This document shows positions 39,979 through 51,799 of a stretch of 64,000 bases of DNA, one piece after another (the first letter of the stretch is position 1; each line of letters begins with the position of its first letter). Under the pieces are notes generated by a model that was not told the origin of the DNA, made no database searches, and saw nothing but the letters and a program-made list of their open reading frames with translations. The translations under genes were made by a program, and so were the position numbers. The stretch is from Octopus vulgaris (lineage: Eukaryota), in assembly GCA_951406725.2 (NCBI GenBank), contig OX597816.1, positions 62,868,001 to 62,932,000 of the forward strand. Reading direction: 5' to 3'.

Positions 39979-42899
39979 CGCGTGTATACAGAGATATATC
40001 TATATATATATTTACATATACACACATATATTTTGTGTTATGCTTTGACGCGATGCACTTTACTAGAATTTTTTCGACCCACGTTATATTATATATATAT
40101 ATACATCGTATAGCATTATATATACATATATAAACAACTACTCCAAATGAACGGTAATGAAACCAACTCGCTCATATCTGTCAAGTATTCATGACTTGTA
40201 GTTACATGGCATTTCGTTATGCAACCTTAATATACTATAAAGTATATTAAACGTTTTTACAAGCCAAAACCGTATTAGCTGTGCGCTTTTTACATTACTT
40301 GATAAGGTCATCACTGATTTTTGTTACGACGTTTCGTATCCGCGTCGTCTGATGTAAAGAACTCGAAATATGGCACAAACGCCCATTACCATTTTTTCAT
40401 CTTCAATCTCATTGTTTGTTTACATATGACGTCTCGGATATAAAACTTGGCAACATAAATCAGTGCTGGCTATAATTTCTCTTGACAAACTATAAAGATA
40501 ACCTTAACAAGTCTTTCAAATATAACGTCCAACATCTCTAAAAAGAACTTTATTGTAATATAATATCTGTGGGCGCGAGAGCACGTGTGTGTGTTGGTGC
40601 GTGCGTGTATGCAAATATATTTCAGTGAGTGAATATATGTGTTTGTGCTCATTATTTGTGCATGTAAAGAGTATCTTTAAACAGTTTAAAATTTTGGTCG
40701 TGAAAATGCTATGAAAATCTAATTATGCTCACGATTTTATCGCTTTGAGTAATATACTCTCTAAGTCATATGCAATGGTTTATATTGCCGGTACATTACA
40801 TACCGTATTTCTTATTGCTTTTTGTGGTTAATCAAGAAGTGAGATGATGTAAGGCATCATGCAAGCCCACTTTCATGGCCTGTAAAGGGAAGAAAGGAAG
40901 AAGAAATCAATAGGCCAGAGACTTCATTTGAATGCTTGCAACAGTAGATATCAAAAGAGACACCCGCAGGCGAACGGGCTACTTCATTCTGCGTTGTATG
41001 TGTTGGAGTTAAAATGAATAAAGGATTAAGTTTAGCATCTTATATCAGATGCTACACTTCGGACTGTCTTGTATATGGTCCTCTACACACGTTCTACTCG
41101 TTGAAGAAAATGCAAGAGGCTTTTTTCTCATTTAGACAAATATTTTCCTGTATTTGAGGAAGTGGATCCCAACGCACAATGTTTTATAAAAATGTTGAGG
41201 GAATGTCAAGATACTATTGCACCTTATTACTTAATCCTTGAAGAGAAGAAGAAAAAAGAGAATTCAAGGAACTTTAAATAAGTCTGCACAATGATCTACA
41301 CCATCACAACAGGGGTCAGCTGACAATCCCCAACCATCGATGTCTAGTGTGTAATCTCCTCCTCCTCCTCCTCCTCCTCAACGAGTAAAACCGACGTCAG
41401 CCATCAGGTAGGCAACAGTACATTATTTGAAATTATTTTTTTCTAATATAAAAGCAGCCGACGCTTGCCTGACAATTTCCCGAATTCAAATGCTAACATA
41501 GAAACAACCTAGCCTAGGCTACGTTTTCATTGTTACATGTATATACATTTAAATAATAGTTATTTCGACTTCATCCGTAGGGTGGATTATGATTTATATA
41601 CTAGCTGAATAGCTCGTAGCTGCCAGGTAATTTTTACAATATAATGTCTTATATAAATTTTTTTTTTCATGTCAGACCATGCTTTCCCTGACAGATAGGT
41701 CCCTTGATCAGGACAGATTTGTGCAATTTTTCGCAAAAATACTTCGTTGAGGATTTGTTTCCTTTTTAAATTATTTACATGTCTATTCGACCTTTTCACA
41801 TGAATTTATTCATTAAATCCTATTAAAACTTCAGAAGTTCTTAAAATTTTGGTCATCGTAATGCTTTGCTTTCGTTTGATTAATTAAAATTCCTTCTCTT
41901 AACAATTTTTCCTTCATTGTGTGACAGACAGCTATCATGCAGAAAATGCCAGCTTCCAAATCCTGTTTTCTGAGAAGGTAAAATTGATTAAACTTTGAAC
42001 CCCGTCAACATTTTTCTGCAGTTTTTCTGGAACAAATAACAAAATCGAATTTAAAGTGGAAAATTATTTCAATATACCAAATGAGAAAATTTTGAGGTAA
42101 TTTAAAATTTTCACAATATGTGACAGTATCAGGGAACACCCTACAAATTTGACAGACAGAGAGTTATAGGACGTCTCACACACACGCACACACACACATT
42201 TGCAAATGTACACACAGATAATCACGAGTTTAAAATGGTGTATAGTAGACATATGTGTGTATGTTATTATGTATCTATGTATGTTCGTATGTATGTATAA
42301 TATATGTGTGTGTGTGAGCATTTCTTTGCGATGAACAGCAGAAAATCCACCTGCCTCCTCTCTCCTTAAAGCTACATATTCCTCAAATCCACCTTTCTCT
42401 CCTTACCTTGGCGTCTTAAAAGTTACATATTTGCGCGCGCGTGTGTGTGTTTGTGTGTGTGTGTGTGTATGCTTGCGCATTTCTGTGTATAAATATATCT
42501 ATGTATTTACGAAAGTGTGCAGGCAGCGTCGCGTGTATATGACAGCTGTATTAACGTTACTATCCTATTGCTACTCCATATTTGTCGCTTACACAACGCT
42601 GTTCTCCCCCTTCCTTGATATCAATCACACTCACTTCTGCTACTACATTTCCCTCAGACTAACACTCTTTGCCCCCTTCTCATTTTATCATATAATTCGT
42701 CCAACCCGCCTATGGGGCACATTATCGATTTTTTATTGAAATCCAATTGGCCTATTATTGAACTGGATGTTAGTTTAACATGTATGCAAATTTTTAGACA
42801 GTAAGCTAGTAACAGATATAGTTTTGATTCTTTTGATATTCTTAAGAAATAGTCTTTCATTCTTTGAGATATTTCAGCCCTAAGGCTGTGGCCATGCTG

Positions 42900-43450
42900 G
42901 GACTTCGCTCCTTTGATCACTTCTTTAATGGCCAATTCTATGTGATTAGCTTTTGGTGAAGGAGGGACTGCGACACCGTTGCCCGTTTTTGATATTGGTT
43001 CATCTAAGAGCTTGGATAGCTGGTCAAATTTCTTTCTTGGAAACATCTACCCCTACGCCATAAGGATTCCTCAAATGTTTTGCCAAGGCCTTAAATAATT
43101 GTGGGCCCTTGTATCCCATGGTCCTCACTTTCGATGGGATAACTGGGACCTTTGGAACAGTGCAGTGACGTCCAGTTCATTGTCTGGTATAGACCTCGAT
43201 TTCAAAGTTTGGTGCTAGTTTCTCCAGGATCTTCCATTAATATATCACTGCATACCTCTCCCGTCTTCAATCCAGGGAGTAGCGTCGTTGCTCTTTCAGT
43301 CTCACCCAGTAGCCCAGCTGTTCCACTGATGCAACATTCCTGGTGTAACATCGCTGCACTGCCACAAGTTTCACTATTCATCTGACATTTTAGGCTGATC
43401 ACAGCTGAGAGTACAAATGTCCTCCATAGAACCAGTATAGTTTCCTGGTC
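42900..43450 (-). pseudogene. CR1-type LINE RT C-terminal remnant
   Basis: Minus strand reads AVQRCYTRNVASVEQLGYWVRLK..RYSLD.RRERYAVIY.WKILEKLAPNF..GPQLF. Confidence 0.7.
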
Positions 43451-43479
43451 CCTTGTTCAAAATGTTCTCAAAAAGCGAT

Positions 43480-43876
43480 CCGGTTATGTAATGCTATAAT
43501 AAAAAGCGCAATTTTTGTTAAATACAGCTATCCAGGGTTTCTTGGTCAAAACAATTTTCAAGCTGACAACAAGACCGTTTTTTTTTTCAGGAGTTCTTTA
43601 AAGCAGGTGACACGCACATTCTAAAACAAAAAACTTACTTTAGGTTGGTCACGCTACCTTCAGCAGGTATCGTCGTTTTGTTACAAACAAAAATGCGCAC
43701 AGAGCGGTTCATAAATGGTTGCGTGACTAGTCGAAAACCTTCTCCGATGGACTAAGTAAGCTTGTGGACCGCAGCAGGGGAACTGTATCGAACAATGATG
43801 TAATTATTCAAGTCCTGGTTTCGTTTTAATAAATTACATAATTAAGAGTACGTATAACTTTTTACTTACCCTCGTA
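43480..43876 (+). mobile_element. mariner 3' remnant with right TIR
   Basis: VHKWLRD.SKTFSDGLSKLVDR-like peptide; ends ...acttaccctcgTA. Confidence 0.55.
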
Positions 43877-44031
43877 TGTATACTATACATTATACATAAA
43901 ATTTATATTATTTTAAAATATAACTTAACTTTAAAACACATATTAATATACTAATAGATAGACAGATAGAAAGAGAGAGAGAGATATACAGTACATGTGT
44001 ATGCGTGTGCGCATGTGAGTGTGTTTGTATG

Positions 44032-44074
<43 letters not shown>

Positions 44075-44204
44075 AGTTATGTGTCCTCCGATGGAATTAG
44101 CAAGGTTGTTGACCACTGCAAGAATTGCATCAAAAGGTGGCTATGTCGAAAACTGATGTAATTTTTCAAGTTTTCTTCTAACAAATTACAGTGTGCGATA
44201 TATG

Positions 44205-44381
44205 TTTGTGTGTCTGTGTTTGTCCCCCCAACATCGCTTCACACCCGATGCTGGTATGTTTACGTCCCCATAACTTAGTAGTTCAGCAAAATAGACCAAT
44301 ACAATAAGTATTGCTCAACTAAAGGTGGTGCTCCAGCATGGCCACAGTCACATGACTGAAACAAGTAAAAAGAGTAAAAGA

Positions 44382-44382
<1 letters not shown>
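44205..44382 (+). mobile_element. SINE family A 3' half
   Basis: tgtgtttgtcccccaacatcgc...gactgaaacaagtaaaaagag. Confidence 0.75.
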
Positions 44383-44424
<42 letters not shown>

Positions 44425-44522
44425 TATGTATACATATATGTACATACATATATATATGCATATATATATACATATATATATATATACATATGTATATATA
44501 TATGCATATATATATGTATATG

Positions 44523-44554
<32 letters not shown>

Positions 44555-44558
44555 TGTA

Positions 44559-45425
44559 TATTTAACAATTAAGGATAACTTCTTAATAAGGAATCTTAAC
44601 AAGAAATTATCAGGTAGATAGCGTGAAAAACCTCAGAAGAGAAAATTTCGAAAATAATTCCTTCTTATTGAACATATTAATTTATATATAGAGGGCATTA
44701 TTATACATACATGCCACACGCTAAGAGGGACATTAGTCATTTCTACCAAAAAATTTTACTAATCATACCCAATGCAATTTTTCCAAAGCTAGACATTTAA
44801 AAAATGAATTTAGTCTTGAATTTAGTCTTTTAAATGTCTAGCTTTGGAAAAATTGCATTGGGTATGATTAGTAAAATTTTTTGGTAGAAATGACTAATGT
44901 CCCTCTTAGCGTGTGGCATGTATGTGTAAAAATGCCCTCTATATATAAATTAATATGTTCAATAAGAAAGAATTATTTTCGAAATTTTTCTCTTATGAGG
45001 TTTTTCACGCTATCTACCTGATAATTTCTTGTTAAGATTCCTTATTAAGAAGTTATCCTTAATTGTTAAATAATTTTATTCCGAAAAAACTTTTCCTATC
45101 CGAAATGCAATTCGAAGAAGCCTGCCATTTACCGGATGTATTATATGTAAACTTCCCCATGTGCGTCGTTAGGGTTGAACAGATAGCTGTTCGGCTTTGA
45201 CGGTACAGGTTCGTTTATTTATATGTTCAGAATCAGTCTTGCTGATGAGTACGGTCGAAACTACGATAAGTACGAAATCACAGGTGATACAGGACTAAAT
45301 TCATTTTTTAAATGTCTAGCTTTGGAAAAATTGCATTGGGTATGATTAGTAAAATTTTTTGGTAGAAATGACTAATGTCCCTCTTAGCGTGTGGCATGTA
45401 TGTGTAATAATGCCCTCTATATATA
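44559..45425 (+). mobile_element. Hammerhead-bearing non-coding retroelement: inverted arm plus partial tandem with a 478-bp period, inside (TA)n
   Basis: 44559-44818 is an inverted copy of the element; taaatgtctagc at 44831 recurs at 45309; (TA)n tracts flank both ends. Confidence 0.85.
45230..45302 (+). ncRNA. Type I hammerhead ribozyme
   Basis: GAAU-C-AGUCUUG-CUGAUGA-GUAC..GUAC-GAAA-UCAC-AG-GUGA-UA/CAGGACU-AA-AUUC: all core nucleotides present, 7+4 bp stem I; predicted cleavage after 45289. Confidence 0.9.
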
Positions 45426-45626
45426 TATGTATATATATATGTATAATAATATACATATATATATACATATACATATATATACATATATATACATATATAT
45501 ATATATACATATATATATACATATACATATATATACATATATATATGTATGTATATACATATATATATATATATACATATATACATACATATATATATAT
45601 ATATACATATATACATATATATATAT

Positions 45627-45671
<45 letters not shown>

Positions 45672-45737
45672 TATACACACTTATGTATGTATGGATGGAT
45701 GGATAGATAGATAGCCAGATAGATACATGTGCGGTAC

Positions 45738-45800
<63 letters not shown>

Positions 45801-46090
45801 TGTTTGTGTGTGTCTTTTGTACGGCTGGTGGGGAGGTGATGATGTTAATGGTGTTCTTATTGCTATTCATGTTAGTGAACGCTGGGATTACCACACCAGA
45901 GGTTAGTTGCTATTTGACATCCTTGTACTCTTGTGCATACAAAATATCTTTCGCGTAACGTTTATCGTATCAGAATTTGTGAAAGAATCGCAGACAAATT
46001 GGTGCCGAACGAACTGAATATCTGTCTTTGAATACTCTTGTTTATGCATTCACATCATATCGAGAACGAATTTGCCTTCGTACAAAAAGG

Positions 46091-46178
<88 letters not shown>

Positions 46179-46185
46179 TGATGAA

Positions 46186-46235
<50 letters not shown>

Positions 46236-46467
46236 CGACGACGATGATGAAGTTGATACTGGAGATGATGATGATAATGATGATGATAATAGTTTCAAAT
46301 TTTAGCACAAGGGCAGCATTTTAGGGGAACAGACTATATCGATTACACCGATCCCAGTGTGAATAATAATAATAGTAATAATAACAATAATAAGAAGAAT
46401 AAGAACAAGAATAATGCTGATGATGATAATACTGATGATAATAATAATAATAAAAATAATAATAATG

Positions 46468-46519
<52 letters not shown>

Positions 46520-46607
46520 TAATAATAATAATAATAATAATAATAGTAATAATAATAATAAGAGTAATAATAATAATAATAATAATGATAATAATAATAA
46601 TAATAGT

Positions 46608-46673
<66 letters not shown>

Positions 46674-46743
46674 GATGATAATAATGCAGCTGATAATAAT
46701 AATGATGATAATAATGCTGATAATAATAATGATGATGATAATA

Positions 46744-46830
<87 letters not shown>
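46091..46830. repeat. (AAT)n/(GAT)n arrays
   Basis: Directly visible. Confidence 0.95.
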
Positions 46831-47366
46831 CAGTACTGGGCACTGACTCTCATCTTAACTGATTGTAAGTGTTATCATGTACATTGTTTTGTTTCGGTAT
46901 AAAAGATAGCAGTACAGCAAATATTGTGCTCAGTACCAGAGATTTGCTTGTCAGTTGTTTGACCTTAACCAGTTGAGCATGTCCCTTAGTGGCTGACAAT
47001 ATGTGCATCTCTGATTACGAGCAGAAGTAGTGGGGAAGCATCGTAGCCATGTGCTGAGGGGGATTCTTTGGGGTTTGAATAATTCACCTCTGGAAACATG
47101 GGTGTTTTGTTTAACATCTTTAAACATACCTTATCCAGTGAATATTTGAGCAGGATGAACTACTCGACCTGAAGAAAATCCTAAATGGGCCCCATCTGCT
47201 AAGTCATGCGCTGTTTATCTTGATATGAGATCCCCATGTCGCGAGATATGTTTGTGATACATGTGCCTGGTGTACCCTTATCACACGGACAGTCATGAAG
47301 GGTATACTGGGCCTCGTATATTTTACCTCAGTATCACTGTGATAGCAGGCACTGCTCTCTCACTCA
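46830..47366 (+). mobile_element. About 535-bp non-coding interspersed element with (AAT)n tail, class uncertain
   Basis: Complex sequence embedded between (GAT)n and (AAT)n arrays; no convincing ORF. Confidence 0.45.
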
Positions 47367-47381
47367 ATAATAATAATGATG

Positions 47382-47464
<83 letters not shown>

Positions 47465-47581
47465 AAGAAGAAGAAGAAGAAGAAGAAGAAGAAGAAGAAG
47501 AAGAAAAAGAAGAAGAAAGAAGAAGAAGAAGAAGAAGAAGAAGAAGAAGAAGAAGAAGAAGAAGAAGAAGAAGAAGAAGAA
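47367..47581. repeat. (AAT)n followed by (GAA)n
   Basis: Directly visible. Confidence 0.95.
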
Positions 47582-47911
47582 TCGGGAAATTATTAGATAC
47601 CTGATAAGAGCGAATAGCATGGCACCGTAGTCTGTAGGTAGTAAACTCGCTACACATGCAAGACTCCAGGAGTTCCAACCAAACCTGTGATAGGGTGATA
47701 ATAATAATAATAATATCAATAACAAAAATAACAAAAATAATCCCGAACGTGTGAGAAAACAGCGTGGAACGTGTGACAGCGAGCTGCCAGAAAAATAGAT
47801 CTAATCTGAAACAATCACGAAGCAGGAATTAAGAAGCTGCAAAAACAATAAAAGAAAACTTTGTTTTAATGTAAGCCATCTCAGGAAACCGAAATATTTT
47901 TCATATATGGA

Positions 47912-47951
<40 letters not shown>

Positions 47952-48326
47952 TTCGAAACCGGTACCAGGTTGACCAGCATTTACTTGTTCTGACCCATTT
48001 GAGGTAAGACATTATTATTGTTCACTGATACTTTTTCTTATCATGCCTGTAATAAATTTGTGACTATTCGGTGGTACAGAAGTATCTTTTGACTTCTATC
48101 ATTTGCGATATAGGTACTCATGTAGTACCCTTATGTATATATGTACATATCTAATATTGTATGTATATATTTTATTAATTTGCCTGTATGGCTGGCAATT
48201 CGCTTACCACTCGTGATGGTATTTTAATAATACCATCCCTATATTTATATGTATGTATAAATAAAGAACCAAGTCCTTCCCCAATGGAGAACACTACAGC
48301 GAAACAGAAAATTCGCTTTTTGGAAA

Positions 48327-49370
48327 ATGATACAAAATCAGAATAAAGCAGAGATTTACCAAAAATGGCTAGACTCAACACCCCTAGTCATACCCCGTAA
48401 ATTACAAATCAAACCCATCTCGGAAGAACCAGAAGAACAAAGAAAACTTAGAGAAAAAATGTCATTAGAAAAAATGAAGATGGAAATAGAACTACTTAAG
48501 CTGAGAGCTAAAACGAATGAAGAAAAAGTAAAAACCATAGACGAGGAAATCAACGAAGAAGTCATCAAACTAATAGACGACAACAATACTGAAACATTAC
48601 CAGCACTATGGAATGAAGAATGTGAAAAAGAGGAACTTAAGTCCCTCCAACGATGGGAAAAGAGCGCCATCTGGTTTCTAGATTATGAAACCAACTTCAA
48701 AAATGAACACATATCCAACAACCCCTTCATAAAATTAAGCAAATCAAAACCAAATACCAACAGAACGGAACAACCACCAAGAAATCCTACCACACTCTAC
48801 ACCAGAAAAGTACACCTAAAACACACCCCACACTACCTACACCAACCCCAAAACACCTACAGAAGCCCACCACACCAGTTCGAAAATAGACATACCAACA
48901 GAGCAGAACAACCACCAAGAAATCCAAACACACTCTACACCAGAAAAATGCATTTAAAACGCACCCCACACTACCTACACCAACCCCAAAACACTTATAG
49001 GGTCCCACCACACCATTCCACGAACCTAAGAGCCACAACATACAATACTATAAAATACAACCCACATAACCAAACCAAAACGCTACTACCAAACATCCAC
49101 CCCAGGAACCAACCATACAACCATAACAAACAACAAATGCACTACGGAGGAAACAACTACCAACACAATATACCTGAGGAACTAAGACGGAACACTAGGT
49201 TCAACAACAGACTCCAGAACAGAGCACCACAAACTCACTCTGACAATTATAACAACATGAGACAGATAAATAATAGCTTTGAACATAATTACACCAACCA
49301 TTTTTTAGACCCCACACACAGGAACAGGGACACACGATGGCAAAGGACAAACAAAAGAAACCTCAGGTAA
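48327..49370 (+). CDS. PLE ORF1: coiled-coil protein with a Pro/His/Asn-rich tail; frame is open from 48261, so probably 5'-truncated
   Basis: 347-aa ORF with an E/K-rich heptad-like segment and a 46-aa internal duplication; overlaps the RT ORF in the -1 frame. Confidence 0.7.
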   Translation: MIQNQNKAEIYQKWLDSTPLVIPRKLQIKPISEEPEEQRKLREKMSLEKMKMEIELLKLRAKTNEEKVKTIDEEINEEVIKLIDDNNTETLPALWNEECEKEELKSLQRWEKSAIWFLDYETNFKNEHISNNPFIKLSKSKPNTNRTEQPPRNPTTLYTRKVHLKHTPHYLHQPQNTYRSPPHQFENRHTNRAEQPPRNPNTLYTRKMHLKRTPHYLHQPQNTYRVPPHHSTNLRATTYNTIKYNPHNQTKTLLPNIHPRNQPYNHNKQQMHYGGNNYQHNIPEELRRNTRFNNRLQNRAPQTHSDNYNNMRQINNSFEHNYTNHFLDPTHRNRDTRWQRTNKRNLR

Positions 49371-50824
49371 TTAAGATAATCAATCTCTCAAACAAAGAAC
49401 TTACACCTAACGAAATAAGCATACTCTCCAAAGGACTTAAATTTACACCCACCCCACAACGTTCTAATTACTATGAAATGAAAGATGATATTTCGGAATT
49501 TTGCAGAAAACTAAGACTCACCGAGGCATTTCAAGACAAACAAATAGAGGAGGACTCAATAGCTAGAAACAAGAGCAATTACACCCCCACCAAAGGTAAG
49601 AATAAAGCCTTAGACCGCTATTGTGACTACATAACTAATTTCCCGTTTCAATTCATCAAGAAACAAAAACACAGCCCTAACTTCAACAAAAGAGAATGGA
49701 ACGACCTCATCAAACTAAGAGAAAACAAAACAATAACAATTAAGGAGGCAGATAAGGGCAACGCGATAGTAATAATGAATACAAACAATTATAAAAATTT
49801 AGTGCTATCCCTATTAAGAGATGAAACGTATTATGAAAGGGCCCAACAGTATAACCAGCAAAAACTAATGCATAACCTTAGGACATTAATCAACACATAC
49901 CAAGAAGGACTCACGAACAAGGAGTATGAATACATCACTAACTTCAAATGCAAATCGAGTTTGTTCTTTGGTATCCCTAAGGTACACAAAAGCCAAACCA
50001 TTAGAGAAACGTGCAAAACATCCACCGACACACTCATCAAAATCCCTTCACCAAATGATCTTAAACTAAGACCGATAATAGCAGGACCAGCATGTGAAAC
50101 TCACCGCCTCAGCAATTTCTTAGACACACTTCTTAAACCTTTCCTAAAACACATCAAAAGCTACGTAAGAGACGATATAGATATGCTCAACCACCTCCCT
50201 AAAACAGTCAATGAGAAAACCCTTCTAGTATCATTCGACGTAGTTAATCTTTATTCTAACATCCCTCACAACCTAGGAATAGAAGCGATCACCTTCTGGC
50301 TGAATAACTACCCCTTTGAACTCCCAACTCGCATAAACAAAGACCTTATAATAGAAGGACTTAGATTCATTTTAGAGAACAATTATTTTATTTTTGACAA
50401 TGATTTCTACAGGCAAAGATCGGGAACAGCGATGGGCACGCGTACTGCACCATCTTTTGCCAACCTAGTGATGGGATACCTCGAGAAAATTCTATACCGG
50501 ATGACACTCGAGAAATATGGAAACACCTTCGCCACCTATATCCATAACAACTGGAAAAGATACCTCGATGACTGTTTCATCATCTGGGACAAAGGTATAG
50601 AGAAACTTGAGGAATTTAAAATACTATTAAATGGAATAAATGACAATATACAATTCACGATGGACCACAACGAAAAAGAATTACCATTTTTAGACATCCT
50701 CATTAAGAAAACCGGCAACAAAATAGAGACAGATATCTACTATAAACCGACAGACTCTAAACAGTACCTACCCTTTGATTCATGCCACCCACGACACACT
50801 AGAATGAATTCCCTTTTTGTCTAG
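49337..50824 (+). CDS. PLE reverse transcriptase
   Basis: IINLS..LT..EISILSKGLKFTPT, IKEADKGNAIVIM, FFGIPKVHK, LRPII, SFDVVNLYSNIP, QRSGTAMGT..APSFANL, RYLDDCF, LPFLD, YYKPTD..YL..SCHP.H. Confidence 0.95.
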   Translation: MAKDKQKKPQVIKIINLSNKELTPNEISILSKGLKFTPTPQRSNYYEMKDDISEFCRKLRLTEAFQDKQIEEDSIARNKSNYTPTKGKNKALDRYCDYITNFPFQFIKKQKHSPNFNKREWNDLIKLRENKTITIKEADKGNAIVIMNTNNYKNLVLSLLRDETYYERAQQYNQQKLMHNLRTLINTYQEGLTNKEYEYITNFKCKSSLFFGIPKVHKSQTIRETCKTSTDTLIKIPSPNDLKLRPIIAGPACETHRLSNFLDTLLKPFLKHIKSYVRDDIDMLNHLPKTVNEKTLLVSFDVVNLYSNIPHNLGIEAITFWLNNYPFELPTRINKDLIIEGLRFILENNYFIFDNDFYRQRSGTAMGTRTAPSFANLVMGYLEKILYRMTLEKYGNTFATYIHNNWKRYLDDCFIIWDKGIEKLEEFKILLNGINDNIQFTMDHNEKELPFLDILIKKTGNKIETDIYYKPTDSKQYLPFDSCHPRHTRMNSLFV

Positions 50825-51633
50825 CTAGAAGGATTTGCACCATAATATCAGACACAAACACCCGACACACACGTCTCCAGGAACTTAGAACCACTCTCAC
50901 AAATAGAAACTATCCACAGCCCCTAATAGACAGTGCAATCCAACGGGTACTTAAATTAAGTATAGAAGACCTGAGACAAACAAAACCAAAAAAGAAAGAA
51001 CAATTAAAAACCCTTCCCTACATTTCTACACACAACCCACTCAACAATGAGGCCTTCAAAACCATACTACAAAGCACAGCCCTACTAAAGGGAGACCCAA
51101 AGATGAACCGGATCCTCGAAACACACACCATCATTAAAAGTAAACGGCAACCAAAATCCTTGAAAAGGATTTTAACCCAAGCTACACTGCACTCAACATC
51201 AACCACAAAACCAGCAGTTAGAAAATGTGGAAGGCCCAACTGCGGAATCTGTGTCATCTTGAAAGAAGGATCAGAATTTATACTGGAACAAGGCCACCAG
51301 TTCACCATTAGAACAAACTTCACCTGCGCATCAGAAAACTTAATTTACGTCATAACATGCGCAGGCTGCAATAGGCAGTATATAGGCCATACAAAAAATA
51401 GCTTACGTAACAGGATGGCGGTGCATAAATCACAAATTAGAAACCCTGATTACCGCAAAATACCGGTCAGCGGACACATAGATAGATGTGCTGGAAATGT
51501 AAATCCGAAATTTACAACTAACCCGCTCTATAAATTCAGTGACAACGCAACCTTCACACAACGCCAAAATAAAGAACTATATTTCATAAAAAAATTTAGA
51601 CCAAGTTTAAACACCCTGGGCCAGGAATACTAA
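50821..51633 (+). CDS. PLE RT thumb, Cys linker and GIY-YIG endonuclease, separated from the RT ORF by a 1-nt frameshift near 50810
   Basis: Open frame LARRICTIISD..NRNYP continues into ORF 51103-51633: KCGRPNCGIC, NLIYVITCAGCNRQYIGHT..R..H..H..E..IKK..PSLN. Confidence 0.9.
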   Translation, partial: LARRICTIISDTNTRHTRLQELRTTLTNRNYPQPLIDSAIQRVLKLSIEDLRQTKPKKKEQLKTLPYISTHNPLNNEAFKTILQSTALLKGDPKMNRILETHTIIKSKRQPKSLKRILTQATLHSTSTTKPAVRKCGRPNCGICVILKEGSEFILEQGHQFTIRTNFTCASENLIYVITCAGCNRQYIGHTKNSLRNRMAVHKSQIRNPDYRKIPVSGHIDRCAGNVNPKFTTNPLYKFSDNATFTQRQNKELYFIKKFRPSLNTLGQEY

Positions 51634-51799
51634 AACAAAAGATAAGTCCTCCGAAAAGGAGAAGCAAAATTCCACCACGACCGCTACTTCAAACAGACAC
51701 TCACTCTGACGGAAATATACCCAAGTTAAAAAAAAGGGAAAAAAATTCTTTCGTGCAAATCTGACCCTGATACATACGATACAGCTAAGGGTCAGACCC

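Noticed and set aside
40322-40358. Minus-strand CAGACGA..GAAA-CG-TC-GTAA hammerhead-like motif
   Set aside because: Core mismatch, poor stem II and stem I out of register.
40890-41110. Cys-rich peptide reminiscent of a piggyBac transposase C-terminus
   Set aside because: Too decayed; no TIR or TTAA boundary identified.
49337-51750. Selenocysteine recoding as reported for some Naiad PLEs
   Set aside because: No in-frame TGA in the RT or endonuclease frames; the conserved Cys positions are Cys codons.
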